From positions 1,952,001 through 2,016,000 of the forward strand of contig OY970325.1 in assembly GCA_963717145.1 (NCBI GenBank): a stretch of 64,000 nt of DNA, written 5' to 3'. Shown here in pieces: positions 11,695 to 22,042 of this stretch. Every line of letters starts with the position of its first letter. Positions within the stretch are counted from its first letter, which is position 1. A model generated the notes under the pieces. It had not been told where the DNA came from, searched no databases, and was given only the letters and a program-made list of their open reading frames with translations. A program made the translations under genes and the position numbers. The stretch comes from an uncultured Armatimonadetes bacterium (lineage in GTDB: Bacteria > Armatimonadota > UBA5829 > DTJY01).

Positions 11695-11833
11695 GGCTCA
11701 TCATATCTCCAGTTGACAGCGAACATGCGACAACTCTACTGCTGGGCGTAGTAGTTACCAGCCAGTAGCATGAGGACGAAGTGGCTATAAGTATATCAGG
11801 CGTCAGCCTCGTTGTCAATAGGCTATTCTTTCT

Positions 11834-13310
11834 GAAGAGTTCATGATCGTTGATAGTGAAGTTGGTCAGTCTGGATCGGTCGCGAGTGTCTGAGGAACCC
11901 CCGCGAGCATCCGCCGACATGACTCCATCGTATCTTCACCTCCCAAGTGCCAGGTCCCGAACAGACTCATCAGCGCCATTCGGGTCTCCGATCCTTTCGC
12001 CGATCGTGTGCCTCCGCTTACCTTCCGCGCCGTTACCGCAGGCCGTATCGCCCGCTCTGCCGCGTTGTTCTCGCTCGGCACTTCCGGACATTCTACGAAG
12101 ACAAACAGCTCCGGCAGGAACCTCTCGATCCGCTGAGCCAGTATCCGCTGTGGAACATCCCGCTTCAGGTATGGCTTGGCGAGTCGAAGCAACTCGTCCT
12201 CAAATGCGATCCGCTGCTTCTGCCGAGCCTTCAACTCCTCGTTCGAATATCTCTTCGCGCGCCTTTAGACGGCCTTGACCTTGCCGGCCCAGACTGCTAC
12301 CCCTCTCTTGTCAGGGTTCGCCTCGACGAGCGTTCGCAAGTCCCGCAGGTAGTGCACCCAACACCGCTGATGCCAACCGAGCAGCACGTTGTAGCCGCAG
12401 TAGAAGTCGCTTACGACTACACCCTCGTAGTCCTCTCCCAGCACGTCTTTTGCGACCTGGCCGCTCCGACTCTTGTTTCGGACGAAGTAGCGCACGCGTG
12501 GCGTCGTGAAGCTCCAGATGTATCCGTTCTTCCCATCTTCCCGCCAGCCGGTCTCATCCGCGTTCACCGTAGGGCTTCCTCTGACTGCTTGCAGAAGTTT
12601 CTCTACCTCCGGCTTGCCCATGGAGGCCACCTTCTGGAGTATCTTCGCGATCTCTCCGAGCCCGAGATGCAGACCGTAGAGCGACTCCAGAAGCTTCTGC
12701 ACACGCTCAACCGGCATTCTGCACACAGTGTGGAGATAGCTCACCAGGCTCATCAGCCTTATGCCCACACGGTGCGTTCCGATTACCTCCCTGGAGAGAT
12801 CGAGCTTTGGCACATGCCTCTTGTGGCAGACTCCGCAGTACCGCCCGATCACCCGATGCTCGATGACCCTGACCGGTGCTATCGGTATCTCGATTACTTG
12901 CCGGCTGTGATGCACCGTGCCGCCCGAAAGCTCCCTGCCGCAGTCCGGACAGGTGTCGAGCGCGTGCTCCACGATCGCAGTCGGAGTCTCCCTCAGCCGC
13001 GCAAACGACTTCTGCCGCTTCTTGCGGTCTTTCTTCTTGCGCTAGGGCCGGTTTGCCTTCACAAAGGCAGGAATCGTCCTGCCGCCGCCACCGAGCTTGG
13101 ACCGGAGTTCCTCGTTCTCCTTCTCAAGCGCTCGGACGCCTTCGGTCAGGGTGTCCATCCCTTCACGCAACTCCAGGACGGCCCGATGCTGCTCCAAGAC
13201 GATGGCGATCAGTTCTTCTCTTGATAGGTTGCCGAGATCGTTCACAACCTACCATTCGACAACCCGCTCCAAGGTTCCTGCTTAGATTATCAATGATCGT
13301 GAACTCTTAC
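11834..13310 (-). mobile_element. IS66-family element (single-ORF type), decayed
   Basis: Imperfect terminal IRs GTAAGAGTTCACGATCATTGATA (rc of 13288-13310) and GAAGAGTTCATGATCGTTGATA (11834-11855); no target duplication seen. Confidence 0.8.
11866..13245 (-). pseudogene. IS66 transposase with two in-frame premature stops
   Basis: Three collinear in-frame ORFs (CPDCG zinc finger, ADETGW, VSDFY, HQRCWVH, ENNAAERAIR) separated by TAG 13042-13044 and TAA 12265-12267. Confidence 0.9.
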
Positions 13311-13443
13311 GATTACCTGCGCTCGCTGGTTGATTTGACCATTGATGATTGTCTGCAGGCTTTTTACGCTCTTGCACCGCACCTTCGTACTGGCCTAAAT
13401 GGTGTCATCATGCGGACTAGGGACACCCACTACCCGGCATGTC

Positions 13444-14589
13444 CTACTGGGCGCTCTTCCATGGCAGAGTTGGTATCGTATCGGCTTGGCTGAACAGACT
13501 GGATCGCAGAGTACCGAGCATGCTTGGGCTGCTGCTGGACCCAGGCTGGGATAAATAGCTGTAGCTGTAGAGTACAACACCTTGTGCTCCGGAGGTTCGG
13601 GCGAACTCCAACTGGTGCTGGGTCTGGTCTATCGGCAGTCTCCATGCGCCCTGGCCGATATAGACATGCCGACCGTGAGCACAGGAGAGCGCATTCTTTG
13701 CCGCCGCCTTGAATGCCTCATCATCGAGCGCGAAGATCATCGGCACGGCGAAGTCGATGATTCCCTCGTCGAGCCATGCGTTCCAGTCCTGGAAGAACTG
13801 ATCGTATGCGACCGATCGGTTACCGAATACCGATGCGGAAACCTTGACCCCAGGCTTAGCCGCAGTGACGTCATGGTAGATCTCGCGAACGAGAGTGGTT
13901 ATCTGCTCCCTGCGCCATCCGGACCATGCAGAATCGGTCTCCTCGGGACTTCCCGTCTTCGCCTGCTCGGTGTTGAACCGCCCCAGGCTGATGGCATTGT
14001 AGCCGGTGTCCTGTCCCAGGTAGCGAACGTTGTCGAGATGCAGGCCGTCGATGTCATAGCGGTTGGCGATGTCCATCACGACGGACCGAGTATACTGCCT
14101 GACCTCAGGAATACCCGGATCGAGCAGCATTTTCCCCGCCTGTAAGCTCGTCTTGCTGTCCCTTGTACGCATCAGCCATTCGGGATGCTTGTTCACCACA
14201 TGCTCTGCCACTGTCTTGTAGAACTTCGAATCGGCGAAGACGTCATAGACACTGATCCATGCGTGTACCTCGATGCCGGCCTTGTGCGCCTTCTCGATTA
14301 CATCGGCGAGCGAATCATAGTCACCGGCCAAGTCGCTTGCTCTCGGTTCGATCGTCGACGAATAGTATGCGTCACCGCGCTTGCGCACCTGGACAATAAG
14401 CGCGTTGATGTTCGACTCCTTGGCCCTTGCCACCAATTCGCTCGTCTGTTCCGGGGTCTTGATTCCGGAATGGAATGCATCCACCCACAGCCCCCGGAAC
14501 TCAGCGGCCGATAACGGAAGGCACGCCTGCAGTAGGAGCACGCATAGTACAGCAGTGCCGGCTGATCTCGCGCCCAATCTACTAATCAT
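13444..14589 (-). CDS. Secreted glycoside hydrolase-like 10 (GHL10/DUF187, YddW-like)
   Basis: EFRGLWV, QVRKRGDAYY, YDSLA.VIEKAH..GIEVHAW, LDPG.PEV, YDIDGLHLD..RY, QDW..W..EG.IDF..PM. Confidence 0.88.
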   Translation of the reverse strand: MISRLGARSAGTAVLCVLLLQACLPLSAAEFRGLWVDAFHSGIKTPEQTSELVARAKESNINALIVQVRKRGDAYYSSTIEPRASDLAGDYDSLADVIEKAHKAGIEVHAWISVYDVFADSKFYKTVAEHVVNKHPEWLMRTRDSKTSLQAGKMLLDPGIPEVRQYTRSVVMDIANRYDIDGLHLDNVRYLGQDTGYNAISLGRFNTEQAKTGSPEETDSAWSGWRREQITTLVREIYHDVTAAKPGVKVSASVFGNRSVAYDQFFQDWNAWLDEGIIDFAVPMIFALDDEAFKAAAKNALSCAHGRHVYIGQGAWRLPIDQTQHQLEFARTSGAQGVVLYSYSYLSQPGSSSSPSMLGTLRSSLFSQADTIPTLPWKSAQ

Positions 14590-14644
14590 AGGTCACCTCG
14601 ACTTCCAATCATATGATATCCCGACTACTGCTCCCCGCCGTGAG

Positions 14645-15094
14645 CTATCTCGTATCCTCGGAATCCGTATCTTCGGCGGGACAGTCCCACTCGCCGGTAG
14701 CCTCATACGTGAGCATGGCATAGACCTTCTCGAAGTCATGCACATAGGCAACAAGCCCATCGGACAAACGATCATGGTAGTATTCGCACTCCAAAGACGG
14801 CGGACGAGCAGTGAAACTACCATCTTCCCATACGCGCATCTGCCAGAACTGCGACAACCTTGCGTCCACAATCTCGAAGAGCAGTATCGGCGACTGCAGA
14901 AGCGTCCCATCATCATCCACGTATTCGACATACAGCCCCGTGCCGTATAGTGACGAGTCGATGTAGGAATACAGTCCCACAACGACATACTCCCTACCAA
15001 CGGTGAGACCAAAGGCCTGGGACCGATGGAAACTTGGTCCCAACCGGGCAATATGCTCTTCGCTAGGATACTCGTAAAGACACTTGATTATCAT
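14645..15094 (-). CDS. Putative RHS immunity protein, second copy
   Basis: 149 aa; 125/149 identical (manual count) to 15136-15585. Confidence 0.75.
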   Translation of the reverse strand: MIIKCLYEYPSEEHIARLGPSFHRSQAFGLTVGREYVVVGLYSYIDSSLYGTGLYVEYVDDDGTLLQSPILLFEIVDARLSQFWQMRVWEDGSFTARPPSLECEYYHDRLSDGLVAYVHDFEKVYAMLTYEATGEWDCPAEDTDSEDTR

Positions 15095-15135
15095 CTCTTC
15101 TCACCAGATGCCGGCCCCTTCGTCTCTCGCTCGCC

Positions 15136-15585
15136 CTACTGGGTACCCCATTCCTCAGTGTCCTCGGCGGGACAGTCCCACTCGCCGGCAGCCTCATACA
15201 TGAGCATGGCATAGACCTTCTCGAAGTCTTGCACATAGGCAACAAGCCCATCGGATAAACGAGCATGGTAGTATTCGCACTCCAAAGACGGCGGACGGGC
15301 GGTGAACGTACCATCTTCCCATACGCGCATCTGCCAGAACTGCGACAACCTTGCGTCCACAATCTCGAAGAGCAGTATCGGCGCCTGCAGAAGCGTCCCA
15401 TCATCGTCTACGTATTCGACGTACAGCCCTGTGCCGCGGAGTGACGAGTTGACATAGGAATACAGCCCAACTACGACGTACTCCTTGCCGATGGTGAGAC
15501 CGAAGCTCTGTGATCGGTAGAAACTCGTCCCCAACTGGGCGATACGCTCTTCGCTAGGATAATCGTAGAGACACCTGACTATCAT
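15136..15585 (-). CDS. Putative cognate RHS immunity protein
   Basis: 149 aa, acidic; ATGA overlap with the RHS toxin stop codon. Confidence 0.8.
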   Translation of the reverse strand: MIVRCLYDYPSEERIAQLGTSFYRSQSFGLTIGKEYVVVGLYSYVNSSLRGTGLYVEYVDDDGTLLQAPILLFEIVDARLSQFWQMRVWEDGTFTARPPSLECEYYHARLSDGLVAYVQDFEKVYAMLMYEAAGEWDCPAEDTEEWGTQ

Positions 15586-18500
15586 TTCTTCTTCCCTGAT
15601 CCCGAAGTTCCTTTCCCAGCAGACGCCTTCGGCTTAGGTGTATCCACCTTCGCCTTCACGTCAACCTTCTCGCCAGTCTTGAGGTTCTCATACCAGTGTG
15701 CGGAGACTTTCTTCCCGCTATACAACTCCTTGGCGGGGCTACTCATTTTGGCCCAGTCACCTGCAGCCGTACCAGGATGCTGATTCATTAGTCTTGGGAG
15801 ATCATCTATTTGAGTCCCTACGTGCGTCGCCCTACCTGCAAATGTCTTCATCTCATGGAACGCCAGTTCTTCTGCCAAAGTAGTACATGCGTCCGTACCT
15901 GTTACGAACTTCTTTGCCTTGCTGGAGACCTTTGCGAGGCCCTTCGCGGCAGATGAAGCACCCTTCGTGGCAGATGCACTCTTCGCGGCAAACCCGGGCG
16001 CAGAAGCGGCTCCAGCACCTATCGTTGCAGCGGTGATCAACACCGTCCCAAAAGACTCGCCGAACTTCCTGGGATCACTCGTCGTAGTCCATTCCGTATA
16101 GGACTTTACCGCCCCTTTGAGAATCGCTCCACCTGCTGCGCCGACCCCTTCAGACTTGGCGAGATTGTAGACCGCAGCTACACCCTTCACTGTCTCCACC
16201 GGGTTCGCCGCATCCCAGTAACCCAGGAACACCTGACCAACATCGTGGAGATGACCATCTGGCGCCAGCCCGGTAGGATCTGTGTTGGTCACTGGGTTGT
16301 TACCAACGTATGCGTACCAGTTTCTGCCATCGCAACTCGGATCCAAGGTGATGAACCTGCCTGTCACCGGATCGTAGTATCTGGCGCCGCATTTCATCAG
16401 GCCTGTGTCCGGATCCGAATAGTATCCTTCCTTACCTACGTAGGCGTGCCTCGTGTCCGTCGTACCTATGCGCTGCAGCATGTTTCCCCACGCGTCGTAT
16501 ACAAGCCTGTCCCCCGTGGAAACACCGGCGGTGCTTGTCATTCTGATAGTACTGCCGAGATGATCGTGGTGGTAGTAGCTCGTTATGCCGCCCGACGTTT
16601 CGCTGATCTCCGGGTTATACCAGGTCAGGACATTGCCAGAGGAGTCGAGTTCCTGGAAGAGAAGGCCATCGCCGTACAAGTAACGCCGTGTTCCCCTGCT
16701 GTCGCTGGTCTGTGTGCGATCCCCGGATGCGTTGTATAGGAATGTGTCAGTTCTGCCGGGCATGACAACACTTGTGAGTTGGTTCTCGAAATCGTACCCA
16801 TACTCGGTAGTGCCGGACGGCGCTCGCTTGCGCCAGATGTTGCTATTGGCATCATAATCGAGGTAGGTGTAGCCGGCACCCTGCGAACCGTAGTCGGCAA
16901 GCCTACCGTTCGCGTCGTAGTGATACTCGGTGATCGACGTGCCGCTGGTCTTGGTGAGTCTGTTCCCGTTCGGATCGTATGCATAGCTGTAGCTATAGGG
17001 GACATCACCTGTCCTAGTCTCGGACTTCAATCTGTACAGCCAGTCGTAGGCATACGTGGCTGCTCCGAGACCGTCGGTCGCGGTGAGTATGTTCCCCACA
17101 TTGTCGTATGTGTAAGTGCATCCGTACATCAAAGCACCGTCGGCCTGGTAATGCGAGAGGTTCGACACGAGGTTCCTGGCGTTGCGGTAGCGAGACGGCG
17201 ACGGCGCCAGGCCATCGTTGTAGGCGTAGACAGTCCAGGCGCCATTCGGAAGTGTCTTCTTGGACAGCCGCCCTCGGAAGTCGTACTCATAACTGGTAAT
17301 CCCCCCGTTGGGGTCCTGCAGGCTACGAAGCCTGTCGTCCGGGTAGTACTCAAACCCGTAGGTAGCCAGCGGCGTGTCATTCAGGTCCCTGATCTGGACT
17401 ACCTTCCTGCACTCACTACCCGTGTACTCGTAGTGGATCTTCCGCCCGATGTCGAATCGCATCTCGTCGGTCATCCTGCCGACGCTGTCGTATACGTACT
17501 CACGAGCGGGCCAGGCCGGGCTGTGTACCCAACTGTGGGTAGTGGGATTCCAGTCATATGTCCAGTCGCACACCTTGCGGAGCAGGCCATCGGCGTCATA
17601 CTCAAACTTCACCTTCTGGTCCGGGGTACCACTGGTACCCACGTAATAGCACCGAGCTACACACCTGTTCGCCGCATCGTACTCGTACTTGATCCTGTTC
17701 TGGCGGCCATCAATCTGCTCCACGAGGTTATCGTTCTGATCGTAGAAATGCCTGACTGTGGTACCGTGAGAAGTCACACGACATGGCCTGCTGAAGGAAT
17801 CATACTCGTATGTGGCCACCGTGCGAGGCGTAGTCCATCCAGGTCCACTGACCCGAACCTCCTTCAGATTACCTACCGCGTCGTGCACATAGTCGGTCGT
17901 CACCCAGTTTGAGGCATCTTCCTGATGTCTTTCCTGTGACAGACACCCCAAGTAGTCATGCGTATACTCCGACACGCGACCATTCTCGTCAGTGGCTCTG
18001 CCGGTCTGGCCTGTAGGCAGGTATTCCTTCCTAGACTCGGTATCGCCCGAGTGCCAGATCTTGTAAGGACGACCGAGCTTATCGTAATCGAGTTGCACAA
18101 GCGCCAAAGCATCAGTGGAAGTGGTTCTTGGCAGTGCTTCCCAGTACTTGTTGCCTAGCGCATCATATCCGGACAGAACAGTCCTCCCTGTCTGATCGGT
18201 CGACTTATCCACGTACTGCTGGTAGCGTTGGTCGTAATGATATGTCATGGCTGGAGGAACCTGCTCGCCGTTCTGGTAGGGCCCAATCGTGGAAACAACA
18301 TTGCCGTAAGCATCATAGCCGAAGTCAGTAGCGATGTTTACGTTGTTGGGGTCCACCTGTGCTTTCGTCAAGTGGTAATTGCTGTCGTAGGTATTGCGAG
18401 TAAGCCGACCGGCCGCAGTGGTCAGCGTGTACAGGCAATTCCCAGCAGTATAGGTCATCGCCGTGGTCTTGCCAAGAGGGTTGGTGACAGAGAGCAGATT

Positions 18501-18977
18501 GCCCAGATTATTCGCGTCCCAACCGAAAGAGCTAACATAGCCACGAGCATCCCGATACCATTTGAGCCTGCCATCGCTATTGCGCCAGTTGAAGCACTCT
18601 GTGTAGTTCACGCCACAGCCATTCGAACTCCCACTTCTGGTTACATCATAGATGCGCAGTCCTCGCCAGAAATCTCGTCCCCAATGCTTTGCTTCAGCAT
18701 CGAACCACCAATCCGCATATCGATAGAGTATCTTCTCTCCGATAGGGGTAGTGACAGTGGTCTTGACCGCCGAGTGTTCGCAGTACCAAGGAGGAACAGG
18801 ATACGTAGACCAGTTCCAGGGATCATCCAGCCCGCCCTGGAGTAGTACATACCTGAACGAGGTCTTTCCTCCATGGCTATCCACTACATCCTTCAGCATG
18901 CCGCGCACGTAGTAGTACTGGAAGTTACCATGCGGCATGGAATCCCCTCCCAGCCCACATGGTAGGAGTAGGTCCAA
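15582..18977 (-). CDS. RHS/YD-repeat toxin, core plus C-terminal toxin domain (3' part of split gene)
   Basis: YD repeats; GARYYDPVTGRFITLDP...YAYVGNNPVTNTDPTGL core end; C-terminal DLPRL...WAKMSS...HWYENLKTG domain. Confidence 0.9.
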   Translation of the reverse strand: MDLLLPCGLGGDSMPHGNFQYYYVRGMLKDVVDSHGGKTSFRYVLLQGGLDDPWNWSTYPVPPWYCEHSAVKTTVTTPIGEKILYRYADWWFDAEAKHWGRDFWRGLRIYDVTRSGSSNGCGVNYTECFNWRNSDGRLKWYRDARGYVSSFGWDANNLGNLLSVTNPLGKTTAMTYTAGNCLYTLTTAAGRLTRNTYDSNYHLTKAQVDPNNVNIATDFGYDAYGNVVSTIGPYQNGEQVPPAMTYHYDQRYQQYVDKSTDQTGRTVLSGYDALGNKYWEALPRTTSTDALALVQLDYDKLGRPYKIWHSGDTESRKEYLPTGQTGRATDENGRVSEYTHDYLGCLSQERHQEDASNWVTTDYVHDAVGNLKEVRVSGPGWTTPRTVATYEYDSFSRPCRVTSHGTTVRHFYDQNDNLVEQIDGRQNRIKYEYDAANRCVARCYYVGTSGTPDQKVKFEYDADGLLRKVCDWTYDWNPTTHSWVHSPAWPAREYVYDSVGRMTDEMRFDIGRKIHYEYTGSECRKVVQIRDLNDTPLATYGFEYYPDDRLRSLQDPNGGITSYEYDFRGRLSKKTLPNGAWTVYAYNDGLAPSPSRYRNARNLVSNLSHYQADGALMYGCTYTYDNVGNILTATDGLGAATYAYDWLYRLKSETRTGDVPYSYSYAYDPNGNRLTKTSGTSITEYHYDANGRLADYGSQGAGYTYLDYDANSNIWRKRAPSGTTEYGYDFENQLTSVVMPGRTDTFLYNASGDRTQTSDSRGTRRYLYGDGLLFQELDSSGNVLTWYNPEISETSGGITSYYHHDHLGSTIRMTSTAGVSTGDRLVYDAWGNMLQRIGTTDTRHAYVGKEGYYSDPDTGLMKCGARYYDPVTGRFITLDPSCDGRNWYAYVGNNPVTNTDPTGLAPDGHLHDVGQVFLGYWDAANPVETVKGVAAVYNLAKSEGVGAAGGAILKGAVKSYTEWTTTSDPRKFGESFGTVLITAATIGAGAASAPGFAAKSASATKGASSAAKGLAKVSSKAKKFVTGTDACTTLAEELAFHEMKTFAGRATHVGTQIDDLPRLMNQHPGTAAGDWAKMSSPAKELYSGKKVSAHWYENLKTGEKVDVKAKVDTPKPKASAGKGTSGSGKKK

Positions 18978-21900
18978 GACTTGAGGTTGTCCGTCACTCT
19001 GGCCAAGCGCCCTTCCCCATCATAGGCAAGCGAGATTGTCTTACCGTCATACTGAACGAAGGGCACGTCCCCGGCCTGTGGCGCGGGATACTGAATACCG
19101 GTGAGCCGCCACGAGCTATCGTAGGAGAATGAGAACCTCTGGTAGTTCTGCCCAAATCTTCGACAAGAGTAGACCATTCTGGGCAGAGAGCGTCCGTCCG
19201 GCAGGCTATGCCAGAAGACCTGCATCCATCGACGGTTATCTGCGTCCCCAATCCATATCAACTGCTGTGGCCGCAGTTGGTCATAGTGCAAGGTCATCTT
19301 CTGCCCGGTGGGCTGTTCGATATACTTGGGCAACCAAGTGTTACTGCCAATAGGCCAGCAGTACCAAACCCTGGTATGATCCTTCCGTGTCACGATGAAG
19401 CCCTGTTCGCCGGCCGGTGCAGGCGTCAGCCCGTCGGTGTTCTCCCACCAAAGGGTATCGCGCACCCAGGACGATCCGCTACGCTTCCAGTACTGAGCAG
19501 TCCCAGACGGGTGATATACCCACACCTTGGAATCGCTCTTCTTCTGCAGAATCGACTGGTATGAGTACATCCATTTGTCTTTGCCGGCAGGTCGATCCTT
19601 GCGCTCGCTCTGGTGAACCATGCTGAAGTCTAGATCCAGATCTCCCATAGAATCCCAGCCCAATATGGGAATCGTCGTCAACACGATCCCGGTGGCGGTG
19701 TTTGCTACGGAGTAATCACTTATCGGCAGGACCTTCTGCGATTCAAACAAGTTGGGTTGGATGTTTCCCGGCAGGTCGCTCTCTCCGGGGCTTCCGGAGA
19801 GTAGATTCATCTGAAGCATCTGTTGCTGGTACTGCACAGTAACGGTTACACCGGGGCCTGGTGATTCCACCAGGCCAGCCTTATCCGCGGCGCGTGACCT
19901 GATCGTATAGGATCCTGAGGCCGTTACCGGAAATGTGTAGTTGAAGAAATCAGTCCCACTCGCCTCGATCCAGGTCACCCCGTCGTCAAGACTCAACTCA
20001 ACCTCTGCTACGCCCGACGTGCCATCAAAGGCGGTCCCGCTTACCTCGATGCTGTCGCCGACTATCTCCAGCCCGACTGCAGGTTCAATGATACTAGATC
20101 TGGGCACAACGGTATCCACAATCACGATGATTCCCGAACCAGGCGTCTCTGCGACCGGCGGAGTAGCAGTATCAGTAGCGCGGCTCTTTATCGTATACCT
20201 GCCGTCCTCCAAAGCATCCCAGGAATAGCTCCAGGTACTTGTCCCAGTCACATCGACCCATGACTGTTGTCCATCGTTACTTATCTCAACTCCGCTTACG
20301 CCGGGTATGCCGGTAGCAGTTCCTGATAGCACGACCGGTATGGAGGTGATGTACTCGCCACTTGCGTGGCTTGTAATCCGCGATTTGGGGCCTGAAGGAA
20401 CTTCAACGGCAATACCACCCATGATCTCCGGGTTTTGAATGTCATGTAGACCGTTATCATTGATGACCGCCAATGCGACTAACTTATCTCCAGCAAATGA
20501 TGCTTTGAAGACAATGCTCCAAGTGATGGACAGGCTGTTGTCTGCACCCGACACACCAGTGCTGGACAGATCGACTATCACATTCTCGTTCTCCAGCGTC
20601 ACGCTGGCCCCAGGGGTGTAGCCCTCTCCGCCCATCCACTCAACAGCACTATCATCAGACAACCAGCACTGGCCGGTGTTTTGGTTGTATAGCAGGTGGC
20701 ATGCTGATATCCCATCAAGCGTAGGTTCGTCTATCAGCAATTCAGCCGTACCGATATTGGTGTAGCGGCAGTAATCGGAATATGTGACGGTGAACGGCGT
20801 TGGAGTACCGGTGTACAGCGTCCCGGAAGACGGACTGAGAGAGGCATTCTCCGGAGGATTCGTGTCTTGCAGCGCGGTGAAGACATGCCCAATAGCACTC
20901 CAAGTACTCCAACCGAGCACGTTGTGCACCCGGACGAAGGCGTAGTACGGACCTCCCTCACTTAGCGTTAGATCACACAAAGCCGAGCCGTCTTGAACGT
21001 TAGCTGCGCAGTCGACCTCCGCATCCTCTACGAGCACCTCCCCGGAATCCCAGATGACACCGGTACCGGAACTATCTTCAGAACATATCCTCACCTGGAA
21101 CTGGTCGTGCATCGCAGCTCGCCAGGTGATAGTCGGGGTCAGCGAACAATAGGCCTCGCCTACCTCTGGATCCATGATCACCGGAGATGCAGGTGAACTA
21201 CCAAACACACGCACAGCAATCTGACTAGCCTCAGACATAGGATCGTCATTGGGGTTGCCGGCATCGTTGGCCGTGAGCGATACCAGATAACATCCAGTGG
21301 CAGCAAAAACGTGTGAGACCAGCGCCCCGGCTTCCTGCGGAGTGCCATCACCAAAATCCCAATTATAAGCAGTTATAGTATCACTGACCCGGTCAAGGTT
21401 GGAGTCGAAATCATCATCGTAGGAGGGCGAATCAGGGCAGTCACCCCTAAGGTAGACGATCTGTCCCAGCGTTACGTCAAGTACTCTCGACTGCCATGGC
21501 CCCTGGTCAGATATGCTCTGCACAGCAGAGGCAACGATAGGTGGATCGGCGGACAGGGAGTTGCCATCTTCAACAACGACCGTCGCCGATACGGTAAGTG
21601 GACCGTCGTGCCGACCAGCCGTCGGGCTAGTATCCTCGACCGTACAACTGATCTCGTACACGCCCGGACTGCTGTACGTGTGACCGGACCCTCCGCCAGA
21701 ACCGCTTCCATCTCCAAAATCGTACGAATACGTGAGACTGTCTTCCACCTGTGATGTAGTCAGGACAGGCTCCATCACACAACTCCAGGTGTAGACGTAC
21801 TTGGTGTCAAAATCCTCCGGGTCGTCTTCGGTTCCCGGTTTCACCACCCGGAAATCAATCGAATCACCAGCCATAATCTGCGCCGTGTCGCTCCATTGGC

Positions 21901-22042
21901 TATCACTGTACACCTGCAATTCTGCACCGAATTGTGGAGCGGACTGGTACCATATGGACTGCTCGGCGAGAGCTGTACTGGCGCACCCATATACAAAGCA
22001 CAGAACAGCTAGTAGCGCGAATCCTCTTCTCTTGCAGGTCAT
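18893..22042 (-). CDS. Secreted PKD/Ig-like domain protein ending in the start of an RHS region (5' part of split gene)
   Basis: RBS GGGGGAGGG before ATG 22042; signal peptide; two PKD motifs (YDFGDG, WDFGDG); paired Ig repeats (YTIKSRATD, YTIRSRAAD); RHS N-terminal region and first YD repeats. Confidence 0.8.
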   Translation of the reverse strand: MTCKRRGFALLAVLCFVYGCASTALAEQSIWYQSAPQFGAELQVYSDSQWSDTAQIMAGDSIDFRVVKPGTEDDPEDFDTKYVYTWSCVMEPVLTTSQVEDSLTYSYDFGDGSGSGGGSGHTYSSPGVYEISCTVEDTSPTAGRHDGPLTVSATVVVEDGNSLSADPPIVASAVQSISDQGPWQSRVLDVTLGQIVYLRGDCPDSPSYDDDFDSNLDRVSDTITAYNWDFGDGTPQEAGALVSHVFAATGCYLVSLTANDAGNPNDDPMSEASQIAVRVFGSSPASPVIMDPEVGEAYCSLTPTITWRAAMHDQFQVRICSEDSSGTGVIWDSGEVLVEDAEVDCAANVQDGSALCDLTLSEGGPYYAFVRVHNVLGWSTWSAIGHVFTALQDTNPPENASLSPSSGTLYTGTPTPFTVTYSDYCRYTNIGTAELLIDEPTLDGISACHLLYNQNTGQCWLSDDSAVEWMGGEGYTPGASVTLENENVIVDLSSTGVSGADNSLSITWSIVFKASFAGDKLVALAVINDNGLHDIQNPEIMGGIAVEVPSGPKSRITSHASGEYITSIPVVLSGTATGIPGVSGVEISNDGQQSWVDVTGTSTWSYSWDALEDGRYTIKSRATDTATPPVAETPGSGIIVIVDTVVPRSSIIEPAVGLEIVGDSIEVSGTAFDGTSGVAEVELSLDDGVTWIEASGTDFFNYTFPVTASGSYTIRSRAADKAGLVESPGPGVTVTVQYQQQMLQMNLLSGSPGESDLPGNIQPNLFESQKVLPISDYSVANTATGIVLTTIPILGWDSMGDLDLDFSMVHQSERKDRPAGKDKWMYSYQSILQKKSDSKVWVYHPSGTAQYWKRSGSSWVRDTLWWENTDGLTPAPAGEQGFIVTRKDHTRVWYCWPIGSNTWLPKYIEQPTGQKMTLHYDQLRPQQLIWIGDADNRRWMQVFWHSLPDGRSLPRMVYSCRRFGQNYQRFSFSYDSSWRLTGIQYPAPQAGDVPFVQYDGKTISLAYDGEGRLARVTDNLKSWTYSYHVGWEGIPCRMVTSSTTTCAAC

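Noticed and set aside
12265-13044. Stop-codon recoding in the IS66 transposase
   Set aside because: The stops are TAG and TAA, TAG ends normal genes here, and one IR is damaged; decay is simpler
11947-13224. 425-aa + strand ORF
   Set aside because: Antisense shadow of the IS66 transposase
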